Positions 38,155 through 48,350 of a stretch of DNA of 64,000 nucleotides are shown one piece after another. The notes under the pieces were generated by a model that worked only from the letters and a program-made list of their open reading frames with translations, made no database searches and had not been told where the DNA came from. Within the stretch, counting starts at the first letter, position 1, and each line of letters opens with the position of its first letter. A program made the translations under genes and the position numbers. Origin of the DNA: a phage; the sequence record NC_102531.1; one strand, written 5' to 3'.

Positions 38155-40752
38155 TTAAAGGTACAATCCACGGTATTGAGCATAAAGGCCCAGACCGCGA
38201 AGGATTTCGCCAGAGTGATAGCCAACCGGATCAGAAACTGCCCAGCAGCCGTTTAAAATATTATCCCCATTAATGAAGTGGTGCTTTTGCAGTAGCTTCA
38301 CACAGGCTTCTACAACAATATCTATTTGAGGTATTGTCTCTGAATACCCGCACAGACCTAGCCAGCAGCAACCTGCAAGCCATTCACCTACCACCCACAT
38401 CCTGTCCCCTCTGTCTTGATAAGAGTATCCCCCAGAGGTGTTAAAGTCTGTAGGCAGATTTCCTGAATGAGATGACTGGAATCTGTTGAGGAACCATGCC
38501 CATTTCTGGCAGAACAGGAATAGTCTTTCATCAACAGGTTCTTTATGTTTCTTGAGCTCATATATTGTGCGGCACGCAGCAACAAAAGATCTTGACTGTA
38601 GTTTAGAGTTATCTACCATCTCCCACCAACCAGTCAACCCTTCATTGCCTCTCTGCCATACATAACGCGAGGCAACTGGACCTTCTGTCTTAAATGTATT
38701 GTTATACCAGACTTGAGCGTCATACAGAAAGCCTATTGTATTTGACAATCTATGGCGATCTATGTTTTCTGCACCCATGCAGTAGACTGCTGGGTATTGC
38801 ATGCCAGGGTAGGGCCAATTTGGCCTTTCCTCCAAGAGATAGTTTTCCTTATCTATCACCTTTCCGGCAGGGAACACACCGGGTGTGTGCCTGTATGCAC
38901 CTTGCTTGTAGTTTCTGACATAGCAATCGCCAACCTTAGCGGTTGATTCTGTCTTGCTTGCCATCCATACGCTAAACCAGATTAGATAAGCATCCCTATC
39001 TGCAATATAAAATTGCGGCAGTGTGTTGACGCAATACAGATCAAACAAGCCATTACCTATCTGCCTGTCGCTTAGGCTGAAATCTACAGAGGTGAGCCCC
39101 TTAGGATTAGCAAAGAAAGGTTTAATCTCTTCTTCGGCGTGATGAGGCTGTGTCGGATCTAGTTTGAAATCTCCTAGAGTAAGAGTTTCTGTTATCCATT
39201 GTCCATTAGTGGCATATAGATCAGCATACCATAACCACCTGTCTTTGTCAAGAAATTTGACCCTTACCATCTCATCATCTGATCGATAAGTTACTGAGTT
39301 TAAAGAAATCTCTCTTCCAAAATTGAAAGTTACTTTACCTCTTGCTATATTACAACGGGTGAAGTTGTCAGAGTGGTTGTAAATGTCGGTATCATACTGC
39401 ATACTAACACTAGCACCACCGCTTACGGCAATGTTTTCCTCTTTAGGTAAGAGATACGGATTACCGTCTTTACCAACTACCTCTACGAAATCAGTAACCT
39501 TGGCAACTATTTCTGTTACCTCTGCACCTCCAAAAGGGACACCTATCCTGTACTGTTTTTTGTTATTGTTGCCATCATTAAGGATGAAATGCGGCTGGAA
39601 CAGAACACCTTCTCCTCCGAAATTCATAACAATTTCAGCATCTCTGCCTATTTTGTATGTAGTCCCTTTTTGAATTATTTCGCAAGGCTGGCGTGCGTTC
39701 ATTCTAAAATTGATATACCCGTCACTGTCCCTGCTCATGACAGGAACTGTTCCTGCAACAAGACAAGTACCATCTGTGAACGGTGCCTTAATCAACGTGG
39801 TCTTTCTAAACAGTTTGTCGTAGGCGTTTATATCACTGAAATTAAGCAACTTGTTGTAAGACTGTTCAAACGCGGTGTAATACTTTTCCTCACCTGTCAA
39901 GGTGTAGAGTTGATAACAAGCGTCACACCACATCTCTTCCCCGTCCAACTCCGGGGCTTGATTATCTGCAATCACGTTTATAGGATTTACAATTACAGGG
40001 GATCCTGCAGGTATCACCGATCCACCCTGCTCTTGAGGTAATCTTACACAATAGGTCACCTTGTGGCTGCCTGTAACACCCTTATCTTGTAATTGGATTG
40101 TGCCGAACTCTACAGACGTATGACCACTGTCGGCTATGCTACCGTTAGCCCAATAGCGGTTACCATCCCATGCTATGTACCACTCAACCCACCAACTTAA
40201 TCCGGATGTTGTCCAATCTGGGTTAGCATCTGTGCCACCGTAAACATCAGAGTCTACAGTGTTTCTTCCTAACACACCGTTATACGCTTGGAATGCCTTG
40301 TCCAGATATTCCCCCCATGTCGGAGATCCGGCTGGGATTTTTCCTCTACCGTTGGTAAAAGACACCACCACATCTTTAAACCCACCGTGTGATGGAACCC
40401 CATCTGTGGATAGAGGGTAGTGGGACAATCTTTGCATTTTACTTTCTACGGCATATGCACCCAGAAGATGACTATTGTAAGCTTCCCAAGCATCTTTTGC
40501 CCTATCCAGATAGAAATCGCTTTTCGATGCCCTATATGCTTCAATGTATCCCAGAATCAACACAGCTTGGGACTCATGCATTGCCCAATCATTATTTATC
40601 TTATTACCTGCCCACCCTGCAGCTATAAGACCATCAGGGTTTACTAGCTTATTTTGTGTAGGGGTGTTGGTAATACCTGTGTTGTTATCGAGGCACTTCC
40701 TGTGCCCCTCAATCATCTGAAATACGTTATCAATGTTGTGTTGAATACGCAT
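38155..40752 (-). CDS. tail-associated protein (865 aa) with putative polysaccharide-degrading domain
   Basis: Follows the 222-aa anchor protein by 2 nt. N-terminal GLIAAGWAGNKINNDWAMHESQAVLILGYIEAYRASKSDFYLDRAKDAWEAY loosely resembles (alpha/alpha)6-barrel glycosidases. Confidence 0.45.
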   Translation of the reverse strand: MRIQHNIDNVFQMIEGHRKCLDNNTGITNTPTQNKLVNPDGLIAAGWAGNKINNDWAMHESQAVLILGYIEAYRASKSDFYLDRAKDAWEAYNSHLLGAYAVESKMQRLSHYPLSTDGVPSHGGFKDVVVSFTNGRGKIPAGSPTWGEYLDKAFQAYNGVLGRNTVDSDVYGGTDANPDWTTSGLSWWVEWYIAWDGNRYWANGSIADSGHTSVEFGTIQLQDKGVTGSHKVTYCVRLPQEQGGSVIPAGSPVIVNPINVIADNQAPELDGEEMWCDACYQLYTLTGEEKYYTAFEQSYNKLLNFSDINAYDKLFRKTTLIKAPFTDGTCLVAGTVPVMSRDSDGYINFRMNARQPCEIIQKGTTYKIGRDAEIVMNFGGEGVLFQPHFILNDGNNNKKQYRIGVPFGGAEVTEIVAKVTDFVEVVGKDGNPYLLPKEENIAVSGGASVSMQYDTDIYNHSDNFTRCNIARGKVTFNFGREISLNSVTYRSDDEMVRVKFLDKDRWLWYADLYATNGQWITETLTLGDFKLDPTQPHHAEEEIKPFFANPKGLTSVDFSLSDRQIGNGLFDLYCVNTLPQFYIADRDAYLIWFSVWMASKTESTAKVGDCYVRNYKQGAYRHTPGVFPAGKVIDKENYLLEERPNWPYPGMQYPAVYCMGAENIDRHRLSNTIGFLYDAQVWYNNTFKTEGPVASRYVWQRGNEGLTGWWEMVDNSKLQSRSFVAACRTIYELKKHKEPVDERLFLFCQKWAWFLNRFQSSHSGNLPTDFNTSGGYSYQDRGDRMWVVGEWLAGCCWLGLCGYSETIPQIDIVVEACVKLLQKHHFINGDNILNGCWAVSDPVGYHSGEILRGLGLYAQYRGLYL

Positions 40753-40753
40753 C

Positions 40754-41422
40754 TTAGATAGCTCCTGCGATAATCAGTGCCCCGTACCAAGTTAACCCGT
40801 TGTCGTAGGTTTCCAACTTGAAAATGTCTGTTGCACCAGCTGTAAATGTTAGGATAGGATCTCTTCCGTAGGACCATTTAACATTACCAGGCCAATAGAC
40901 TTTGTTGCCGCCAGAGGTCTGAGTAATGCATACGGTTATAGTTCTCGCCACCCCTTCAAGACCTTCTGTTTGATTTTCAAAAGAGATTGTGGTATTTGAA
41001 GTTAGTCGAACCTTAAAGGTATCCGCAACTTCAAGATCCATATCAAGCTGACCACCGATAGATCCGTAATCAACTATTCTGCCAGAAGAAGTTGCAGCAA
41101 GCTCACCAAAAACAGACCAGGCATTTGCAGACACACCCCCAGCACCCTCTACAGTGGAGTCTGGGAGGATTATTTTAGGATAATCCCCGTTCCACGTGTA
41201 GTAGCGCTTAGTTTCTGGATCATAAGCAAAGTCCTTCTTGCTCTTAAGATAACCACCCTCTGTGAAATAGACTATTTTAGTAATGCTGAGATCGTTGACA
41301 ACATCATCAATCTTAGCCTTTCTTGTCCCATCAGTCTGGTTGACAACCAAGAAGTCATCACTCAGGACTGTTTCTGCATCTTCAAGATCTGGAATTGGTA
41401 TTGTAGGATAAGCTACAGCCAT
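40754..41422 (-). CDS. tail fibre anchor/adaptor protein (222 aa) carrying the shared N-terminal module
   Basis: N-terminus DDFLVVNQTDGTRKAKIDDVV...FTEGGYLKSKKDFAY aligns with the N-terminus of the 1481-aa protein. Confidence 0.5.
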   Translation of the reverse strand: MAVAYPTIPIPDLEDAETVLSDDFLVVNQTDGTRKAKIDDVVNDLSITKIVYFTEGGYLKSKKDFAYDPETKRYYTWNGDYPKIILPDSTVEGAGGVSANAWSVFGELAATSSGRIVDYGSIGGQLDMDLEVADTFKVRLTSNTTISFENQTEGLEGVARTITVCITQTSGGNKVYWPGNVKWSYGRDPILTFTAGATDIFKLETYDNGLTWYGALIIAGAI

Positions 41423-41431
41423 GATTTCTCC

Positions 41432-42148
41432 TTAGTTAACATCAATAGCACGACCAGACTGGTTGGCAATAGCCTCATCATTGGAGGTAGCAATAACACC
41501 AGAGTATTCGCGCTCATCTGGAGCAAGCGTCCAGGTATTGCGGTTAATGGTTTGTTCTGCCTCAGTCATCAGCAGATCTTTATCCTGAGTCAACAGAGAG
41601 CCTACAGGGATCGGGTTTTCCATCTCAGGACCAGCATACTGGTTCCACCATGTGGCATCTCCGGTTCTAGGCAATCTGAAGTTGATCAGGTAGTACAGTT
41701 TATTAGCCCACTTAATCCAACCTTCATCATCACAGAGAGAGGTTGTCCCAGAATCAGGCTGTGGGTAGGTAAACTGATCAAGACCTACAAAAGCCAGCCT
41801 TACAATCTCGTTCTCTTTGGTAACAACCTCAAAGAACGCTTGGTATGTTCTCGATCTTCGATCCATGGTAGACTGGAAGTTTACGATGTTTAGTACATCC
41901 GGCTCTTGTCTTGCCACTTCCATAATCTTGTTATCAAGAACAGTCTTCATGACCTTCTTACTGAGAAAGTCCATATAAGGGAAGCCAAACAACTCGTCAA
42001 AGTACCAGCTCCCCTTCCACGTATTAAACCTCATCCACAAGCGCTGGCGTAGACTTACCTGGTTTGAATCTATCAACTCAAGACCTTTGTCTATCGCCAA
42101 ATCGCCTGTCTGTGGGTCCATCAATATATCACTATAAAGCGTAGCCAT
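41432..42148 (-). CDS. baseplate protein (238 aa), hypothetical
   Basis: ORF track; located between the spike gene and the fibre anchor gene. Confidence 0.4.
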   Translation of the reverse strand: MATLYSDILMDPQTGDLAIDKGLELIDSNQVSLRQRLWMRFNTWKGSWYFDELFGFPYMDFLSKKVMKTVLDNKIMEVARQEPDVLNIVNFQSTMDRRSRTYQAFFEVVTKENEIVRLAFVGLDQFTYPQPDSGTTSLCDDEGWIKWANKLYYLINFRLPRTGDATWWNQYAGPEMENPIPVGSLLTQDKDLLMTEAEQTINRNTWTLAPDEREYSGVIATSNDEAIANQSGRAIDVN

Positions 42149-42160
42149 GAAAGCCCTCTA

Positions 42161-42838
42161 TTAGTGCGGTCCACTTGTCTCGCCATCAGGGCAAGAGTGG
42201 GTATGACCTTTATATTCTGCATAGAATGAATCCAAATCCACACCAGCAGCAGTTATAATTCTACCAGATGGGTCTATTGTGGCACCATTCATTCTGATAT
42301 TTCCATCCACAGCAGCTCGCAAATTGGCAGCACCGTTAGTGAAAGAAAACTCCCCGCTGCTGTCGCACCGTAATGTCCCACCCGGTGTTTGAAGCTCAAA
42401 ATCTCCAGAAGGTGTCAGTTTAAAATAGACCTTATCATTCCATAACTCTACGTTATCAGGATCGATCTGTAAAGCGTTTGAGTCTGAATGAACAGAGGTT
42501 ATTGCCCACCCAGGAAACAGGCCGTGAGTTTGTTGATCGTCGTTATTGTTTTCATTTCTCTCTGAAAACTGCAATCCTACAACATCACCAGCTTTAATAG
42601 GAAGTGTTAACCTTGCCTTTCCACTGTTTGCAGACATCACCTGAATTGGAACGTCATAGATAAGAGGGTATCTCTCCACATCTCCGTCATCAAACGTGGT
42701 TTCAGCTATTGGCTGCACGGCTGCAGAAGGGATACTGTAGTCTACACTGACAACTCTGGCCCTGATACTGGTGTGGTAGTCCCTCATTATTTTTTCTATA
42801 AAGGATCTTACAGCAGCATCTTTCCTATTTATTGCCAT
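42161..42838 (-). CDS. baseplate central spike protein (gpV-like, tentative)
   Basis: 225 aa; C-terminal YKGHTHSCPDGETSGPH (HxH apex) resembles the tip of P2 gpV-type spikes. Confidence 0.45.
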   Translation of the reverse strand: MAINRKDAAVRSFIEKIMRDYHTSIRARVVSVDYSIPSAAVQPIAETTFDDGDVERYPLIYDVPIQVMSANSGKARLTLPIKAGDVVGLQFSERNENNNDDQQTHGLFPGWAITSVHSDSNALQIDPDNVELWNDKVYFKLTPSGDFELQTPGGTLRCDSSGEFSFTNGAANLRAAVDGNIRMNGATIDPSGRIITAAGVDLDSFYAEYKGHTHSCPDGETSGPH

Positions 42839-43842
42839 TATACCTCCTCAGTTTTGTCAACAACCCCACCGACTGTTTCCCCAAGGCCAAGCTCTGTGAT
42901 GTAATCACCTCCTTCTATGGTTCCTTTATGATGCACCGTGATCACCTTATAGAAGCCTGTATATTGCTTGCTTTTAAGATAAATAGTGGACTCTGGGAGG
43001 ATAGCTCCGTTAAGGCATGTGGTTACAGTAAGGCCAACATCCTCTCTCGGGTTTTTCTTTTTCTTTTTAGATGTCGAACCACCTTTGGCAGCAGCTTTAG
43101 CTTTTCGTTTTTTAGCAGGTTCTGGATTTTTAGGGGTAGGAGATCCGTGCATCCCAGACTCTGCACTTATTTCAAACACAGAGTCTTTGAACCTTTTTCC
43201 AACCTTGGTCCAATACAAAGCCCCATCCTGAACGCTAAATGTGGAGTTGGTCAGCCTTGCAAACCTGCGGAGGTTCTCTGCAGTGTTTCCAGAGAAAGCC
43301 ATAGAGTATTGCAAAGTCTGGTTTCCAAAACCAACAACCCTACCTTTTGGCAAGTTCATATCCTTCAGCAGGTCATTAAGCACAGAGTTCAGAGGTGTGC
43401 CTTTCTGATAAGATCTTGTGCTTTGGCACTTAATGATGTTCTCAGTGCCATCCCCGAAGATGAACTTAGTTTTTCTGGTCGGACCTTCCCATCTGTCTTC
43501 AACAAACTCCACAGTTCCGGAGAATATTAACTGGTTCTCATTATCATAGCCAGCTTCAAACATAACTGCAAGGGCATCAGCCTGATGCATATCCAAATAG
43601 TTAACTGTATCGTCAGACAGGTTGTAAACTGTCACATAACCTTTGTTTGGCTCTTTGGTATTGTCCTTTTGTATGTCAAACTCTATATTGGCAGCACCAG
43701 TGTCCGAGCTAACTTCATAAACTCCGGAATCACTCTCCCCTTTCTTTTCAACAGATTTTGGGATATTGGTTTTTGATTTACCGCCATGTTCTACAGGACG
43801 ACCAAACAATAATCGCCATGTTCTACGTCTGTACTCTGCCAT
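42838..43842 (-). CDS. baseplate hub-like protein (334 aa)
   Basis: ORF track; Lys-rich patch KKRKAKAAAKGGSTSKKKKK; position between tape measure and spike. Confidence 0.4.
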   Translation of the reverse strand: MAEYRRRTWRLLFGRPVEHGGKSKTNIPKSVEKKGESDSGVYEVSSDTGAANIEFDIQKDNTKEPNKGYVTVYNLSDDTVNYLDMHQADALAVMFEAGYDNENQLIFSGTVEFVEDRWEGPTRKTKFIFGDGTENIIKCQSTRSYQKGTPLNSVLNDLLKDMNLPKGRVVGFGNQTLQYSMAFSGNTAENLRRFARLTNSTFSVQDGALYWTKVGKRFKDSVFEISAESGMHGSPTPKNPEPAKKRKAKAAAKGGSTSKKKKKNPREDVGLTVTTCLNGAILPESTIYLKSKQYTGFYKVITVHHKGTIEGGDYITELGLGETVGGVVDKTEEV

Positions 43843-44222
43843 TATTCTAACCCTTGCTGTTCCTTGTAAAGATCAACCGGGGTGCCGTATACAAGTTGTA
43901 GCTCAGATCTCGCCCCAAGGTTATATCTTCCAACCCTGCCCCAATATTGATCGTCTTTAAACGACAGCGCCATCAGTCTACCTTTCGGTAAATCATCTCG
44001 GTAATGCAGTCCGTCTAAAATATCTTGACAAGCTGTTACTTTTCTGGTTACTAAAGGGCTGTCACCTACTGGACCAAGAGATAACCACCAGGACTCATCC
44101 CTCTCATTCCATTGCATACGCATTTCATACGTTTCATTGTCTAAAACAACACGCATGGTTTGATCAGGAAAGCCGTCAATGTCCCACACAAAGGTAATTA
44201 TGCACCAATCTTTAAGCTCCAT
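43842..44222 (-). CDS. hypothetical tail protein (126 aa)
   Basis: ORF track; start overlaps downstream gene stop. Confidence 0.4.
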   Translation of the reverse strand: MELKDWCIITFVWDIDGFPDQTMRVVLDNETYEMRMQWNERDESWWLSLGPVGDSPLVTRKVTACQDILDGLHYRDDLPKGRLMALSFKDDQYWGRVGRYNLGARSELQLVYGTPVDLYKEQQGLE

Positions 44223-44234
44223 TATACGCTCTCC

Positions 44235-45146
44235 TTATTTCCCGTTAACTTTGTTGTAGTTTCCCTGCTCAGAGGGGACTATGGTAGAAGGTCTTCCATA
44301 TTCCTGATAATACCAATCCGCAGCCGATTTGGTAACACCGTTTTCATCTGTCCACATCATAGATTTGTATGGCTGCCACTCCTCTGCAGCGTTTGTGGAT
44401 GCAGTGTCTGCGAATGCTCCTGTGTCCCTCTTGTTACCCACGTTACTGCCATTCTTACAGTCGTTGACAGCACCTTTTTGCTGGGTTTTGCCTACTTTCT
44501 TAGGATTGCTGTATACAGTTGCATTAACAACCTTATTCAAGTAGAATGTGCGGAACTCTGTAAGCTCTACATCAAACACCATTGCAGCGCCTTCACCAAC
44601 AGACTTGTTGGCAGAAAGACTGGTTATGATGTAGTTCTCAAGAAGTCTCTCCTCGGTAACCAAAGAAACCAACTGTCGCTTATTGATAATCTCAGTCAAA
44701 GCCTCCAATGCAGCGCCTGGTCGCATAGATGCTGCAGGGTTTTTAGAGTCAGTATTCCTATCAATGTAGTTTTGCTCATAAATTATGTGTGGAGATGTAT
44801 TTACCCTACCAGTAAAAGAAAATACACCATCTTTAATTACAGCGTGGTCTGACAGGGTAGATTTATCTTCCACCGCAAACCCAGTCTTATCAACAGAATG
44901 TTTGAAAGAGTAATTCTCAACCTGATCGAAGATAATGGCAAGATCGTTAGTAAAGTTTTTACCCTTCATCTCCGTATTGCGACCGCCATAGTTAAGACCG
45001 CTGACAAACATAGTGTACTTTACATCGCTTTCAGTTTGCTGCTCTGCCTTTTCAGCCTTTGGAGATTTAACCTCTTGAGGCTTGTACAGGTCTTTTTCAT
45101 CAACTATATTGCTTGGCATAACCTCTCCAGGACACTCCGATACCAT
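44235..45146 (-). CDS. tail protein downstream of tape measure (303 aa)
   Basis: ORF track; first gene after the 45197 terminator. Confidence 0.4.
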   Translation of the reverse strand: MVSECPGEVMPSNIVDEKDLYKPQEVKSPKAEKAEQQTESDVKYTMFVSGLNYGGRNTEMKGKNFTNDLAIIFDQVENYSFKHSVDKTGFAVEDKSTLSDHAVIKDGVFSFTGRVNTSPHIIYEQNYIDRNTDSKNPAASMRPGAALEALTEIINKRQLVSLVTEERLLENYIITSLSANKSVGEGAAMVFDVELTEFRTFYLNKVVNATVYSNPKKVGKTQQKGAVNDCKNGSNVGNKRDTGAFADTASTNAAEEWQPYKSMMWTDENGVTKSAADWYYQEYGRPSTIVPSEQGNYNKVNGK

Positions 45147-45196
45147 CTAGATATTGTATCATAAAATAGCCGTTTTTACAACACCGATAAAATAAA

Positions 45197-45214
45197 GGGG
45201 GGCCGGAGCCCCCC
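45197..45214 (-). terminator. rho-independent terminator after tape measure gene
   Basis: ggggggc-cgga-gcccccc hairpin with A-run on plus side (U-tract on minus transcript), 12 nt downstream of the 45226 stop. Confidence 0.5.
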
Positions 45215-45225
45215 TGCACAGTTTA

Positions 45226-47562
45226 TTACCAAAGGTCGGTAGACATGAAGTTGATATCTTTATTGTTCTCCCACTCAAGTTTTGCATCAAATATTTTGTT
45301 AAACTCACCCTCATCTATTGAAATCGTGATTTTCCCATCACTGATCTCTAAAGGTAGCATTTCCATAGTTCTTAATTGAGAAGCAAAACCAGGTCCACCC
45401 GGCAACGGAAGAGTCCCGCCCGGTAAGGTGTCCAAAGGATTAACAAGCCCGTTACCTCCCGATATGATATCTTTGCGAATCATATCGCTGATAGTATCCA
45501 GCTGCTGATTTCTTTCACTTAGTGGGTTGTAACGGTCATTAAATAATTCCCCGGCGCTTAGTATTGTACCGATAATGCCCAGCTTACCGAGCAGACCAAC
45601 TTTGCCACCAGGTGTCTTGAGGCCACCTCCACCTTTTCCTGCCGGAGCTCCACCACCAGATCCTTCTGTAGTAGCGGCACCCGCTGCTCCAGCTGCACCC
45701 CTTAGAAAGTTAAGGAATTTAAAGGTTTTTACAAGCATAGATGCCATGACAAAACCTTTTGTTAGGGCGTTGACGACCAGCATGATGGCAGCAGCAAACC
45801 CTGCCCATTTAGCGTAGCTAAAGGTGTCATGAAGCTCTTCAGAATATTCCTTCGTCTTGGCTGTTATGAACCCCCATTTAATCCCCCATTCAAGGAAAAA
45901 CATGCGGATCTTGACTATAGTGTTGTTTAGTTCACCAACTACCCAGTTAAGGCCTCTCACAAACCCGCTAACAAAATCACCAGAGGCATCCCACACAAAT
46001 TGCAGAGTCTCACCAGTGCGGATTAGTGTATAATAGAACTCTGTTAGTTCGTCAGACCAACGGGTGAACAGTTTCTGACGAGTCAGTTCGATAAAGGTTT
46101 TCAGTCTGTTTTCTGCCAGCACGTTAGACTTCTGCATTCTTTCATAACCAGCTGCAGATGCCTCGTTCATGTACTTAGCCACATACTTCATGATCTTGGC
46201 TGTTTTAACCTCGCCTTTCTTCATCATATCCATGAACTGATCCATGGAGAGTTCAGAAAGACCAAAAGCCTCTTTGGTGGCCTTGATAAAAGGTTCGTAT
46301 GCACCAGGCAATGCTTCAGCAAGCTGTTGCTTCAGTTCCTCGGACATTACTTGTCCCTTGCCAAGCATCTGTTGGATTGCCATAATACCGCGCTGGTATT
46401 TTACCTCATCGGCACCATAAGCAGCAGCATACTGGGAGTATGCAGAAAACAGCTCATGCACTTCCTGATTTGTCATCTGGTTTTTGGCGTTTACCGACAT
46501 CTGGGCGTAACCTTGAAGACCAGATTTGAGATCAAAACCAAGACGCATAGCCTCTTGCTGGACAAACGCAACCTCACTGTTGGCTTTGTTTGGATCTCCA
46601 GTAACAGCAGTAAGAGCAGCACTTGCCCCCTCCATCATGTGACCGGATCTGTTAACCGCAGCAAATCCAGAAAAAGCTGTATACGCAGCTGTTGCATTAA
46701 TAACAGATCTACGTAAGTCTCTCATGGCATCGCCTAGTGTAAGCGTTTGGCTGGTGGCGCTTTTAAACCCAGACTGCAGCGCTGACAGGTGGGCGTTAAA
46801 GGTTGACTTCTTCATCTCCCCGCGAGCAAACCTGGACTCTAACTCTGAGTATCCTGGCAAGCTTCCACGGAATCCGGCCCCATACTTGGCAGAAAGTCTT
46901 ATCGCGGAGTTGTAGAGGTGGGTTCTCCTTGCCTCACGATCCGACATAAGCCTATTATCCATACCAGCTTTACTGTCTCTTCTTAGCTGTCTATGATAAC
47001 GATTCATAGCGGCTGTCTGAGCTTTCACAAGGTTAGGGTCGGAAGCCACACCACCCATATTAGGGTTACCGGGGATATATTTGAAAGATTTGGCATTAGC
47101 CAAAACTCTTGCCTTAGGTGCCTTATAACCACCGTAAGACACTGGTGCAGATTTGGCAGCCTTTTTGGCCTCTTTAGCTTGCTGCTGGTAGAACTTACGC
47201 ATCCTAGCCATTTCTGGATTTTTAGCGGTAAGATTACCTACAGCTTGTTTACGTCTCGCATTCTCCCTACGTTCTATTGCAGCCCTTACTGCAGCCTCTT
47301 TCTTGGCCTGTGCTACGCTCTCTCTGTGCAGTTTAGCATTTGCCTGAGATTGCTGTCTGGCAACCCTCTGCATTGTCTGCTGGGTTTTAACAGCTACCGC
47401 CTGCCATCTACTCATGGGGTTGGCTGAGTTAAAATCCTCGCCCAGTTTCCTGAACTCCCTCCCAATACTGCGAATTTTCTCTACAGCTTTTTTGTAGGAG
47501 GAGTTCTCTATCTCAAAGCCAATCTTGTTGACTGTTGTGGCAACTATTTTGTTTGTAGCCAT
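45226..47562 (-). CDS. tail tape measure protein
   Basis: 778 aa; long helical Ala/Gln/Lys-rich sequence; Gly-rich C-terminal region GAAGAAGAATTEGSGGGAPAGKGGGGLKTPGG; follows the chaperone pair. Confidence 0.65.
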   Translation of the reverse strand: MATNKIVATTVNKIGFEIENSSYKKAVEKIRSIGREFRKLGEDFNSANPMSRWQAVAVKTQQTMQRVARQQSQANAKLHRESVAQAKKEAAVRAAIERRENARRKQAVGNLTAKNPEMARMRKFYQQQAKEAKKAAKSAPVSYGGYKAPKARVLANAKSFKYIPGNPNMGGVASDPNLVKAQTAAMNRYHRQLRRDSKAGMDNRLMSDREARRTHLYNSAIRLSAKYGAGFRGSLPGYSELESRFARGEMKKSTFNAHLSALQSGFKSATSQTLTLGDAMRDLRRSVINATAAYTAFSGFAAVNRSGHMMEGASAALTAVTGDPNKANSEVAFVQQEAMRLGFDLKSGLQGYAQMSVNAKNQMTNQEVHELFSAYSQYAAAYGADEVKYQRGIMAIQQMLGKGQVMSEELKQQLAEALPGAYEPFIKATKEAFGLSELSMDQFMDMMKKGEVKTAKIMKYVAKYMNEASAAGYERMQKSNVLAENRLKTFIELTRQKLFTRWSDELTEFYYTLIRTGETLQFVWDASGDFVSGFVRGLNWVVGELNNTIVKIRMFFLEWGIKWGFITAKTKEYSEELHDTFSYAKWAGFAAAIMLVVNALTKGFVMASMLVKTFKFLNFLRGAAGAAGAATTEGSGGGAPAGKGGGGLKTPGGKVGLLGKLGIIGTILSAGELFNDRYNPLSERNQQLDTISDMIRKDIISGGNGLVNPLDTLPGGTLPLPGGPGFASQLRTMEMLPLEISDGKITISIDEGEFNKIFDAKLEWENNKDINFMSTDLW

Positions 47563-47583
47563 GGTTTCCTCATAATAAAAAGG

Positions 47584-47613
47584 GCCAGATCCCAGAAAAG
47601 GAATCCGGCCCTT
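47584..47613 (-). promoter_or_regulatory. stem-loop plus U-tract ~20 nt upstream of tape-measure start (possible attenuator)
   Basis: Minus transcript gggccgga...ucuggccc (8-bp stem with one G-U) then uuuuuauuaugaggaaacc AUG. Confidence 0.35.
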
Positions 47614-47616
47614 AGA

Positions 47617-47865
47617 TTATCCTCTCCTGCGCTTAGCTTTCGCAGCAGCTGCGGCAGCCTTCTGCTCCCGCTCCATTTCCCTGTTTTGGACGGTATCTAG
47701 GAATTCTTCGATATCAAGATACTCACAGAGCTTCAGGAAATACGCCATATCTGCAAGATTTAGCGATTCAAAATTTTCCCCTTTGAAATTCTTGAGCACC
47801 CTGCACCAAAGAAAGTCGAACCAGTTGAGTGAACTGTTCTTGGCTGCCCACTCACTGGCCCTCAC
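47617..47865 (-). CDS. tail assembly chaperone, downstream (-1 frame) segment; possible GT-type frameshift extension
   Basis: 82 aa from GTG; its frame is -1 relative to the 47877..48350 ORF and stays open for at least 25 codons upstream across that ORF's stop. Confidence 0.4.
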   Translation of the reverse strand: MRASEWAAKNSSLNWFDFLWCRVLKNFKGENFESLNLADMAYFLKLCEYLDIEEFLDTVQNREMEREQKAAAAAAKAKRRRG

Positions 47866-47876
47866 AACAACCTTGC

Positions 47877-48350
47877 TTATTCCTGCTCTTCCGGAGTCTG
47901 ATCCAGGTTGTTCACCTGCTGAATCATACCCATCTGCTGTAACATCTCCAGAAGGCTTCCTAAACCGTCTTGTGTGAAAAAACAGCCGTAGTTAACCTCC
48001 AGAACCTTACCTGCCAGCTTAATCATCCCCAGCAGATGCCCTGCAAACACAACATCCGGGTTAAGCTTATCCACACCATCTACGGTAATATCTTCGAACA
48101 AGATTTTAAATAGCTCTTCAATAGAGTTATCATCAAGTTCTTGGAACAGGTAAGCCAGAGCTGTAGGAAGGACCTCTGCCATGTTCTGACCGCCTGAGAT
48201 AATAGATCCACCGATAGCACCTAGCGGGACAGCCACAATCTTACCGATTTTAGGCATGTTTTTCATTGCTTTCATCGGTCCCCAGTGGGTGATCACAAAG
48301 TTGTGCCCTGCTAAATCAATCTCTGTTGTAGGTCTAAAGTTTATAGCCAT
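47877..48350 (-). CDS. tail assembly chaperone (G-like)
   Basis: 157 aa between tube and tape measure, the canonical chaperone position. Confidence 0.5.
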   Translation of the reverse strand: MAINFRPTTEIDLAGHNFVITHWGPMKAMKNMPKIGKIVAVPLGAIGGSIISGGQNMAEVLPTALAYLFQELDDNSIEELFKILFEDITVDGVDKLNPDVVFAGHLLGMIKLAGKVLEVNYGCFFTQDGLGSLLEMLQQMGMIQQVNNLDQTPEEQE

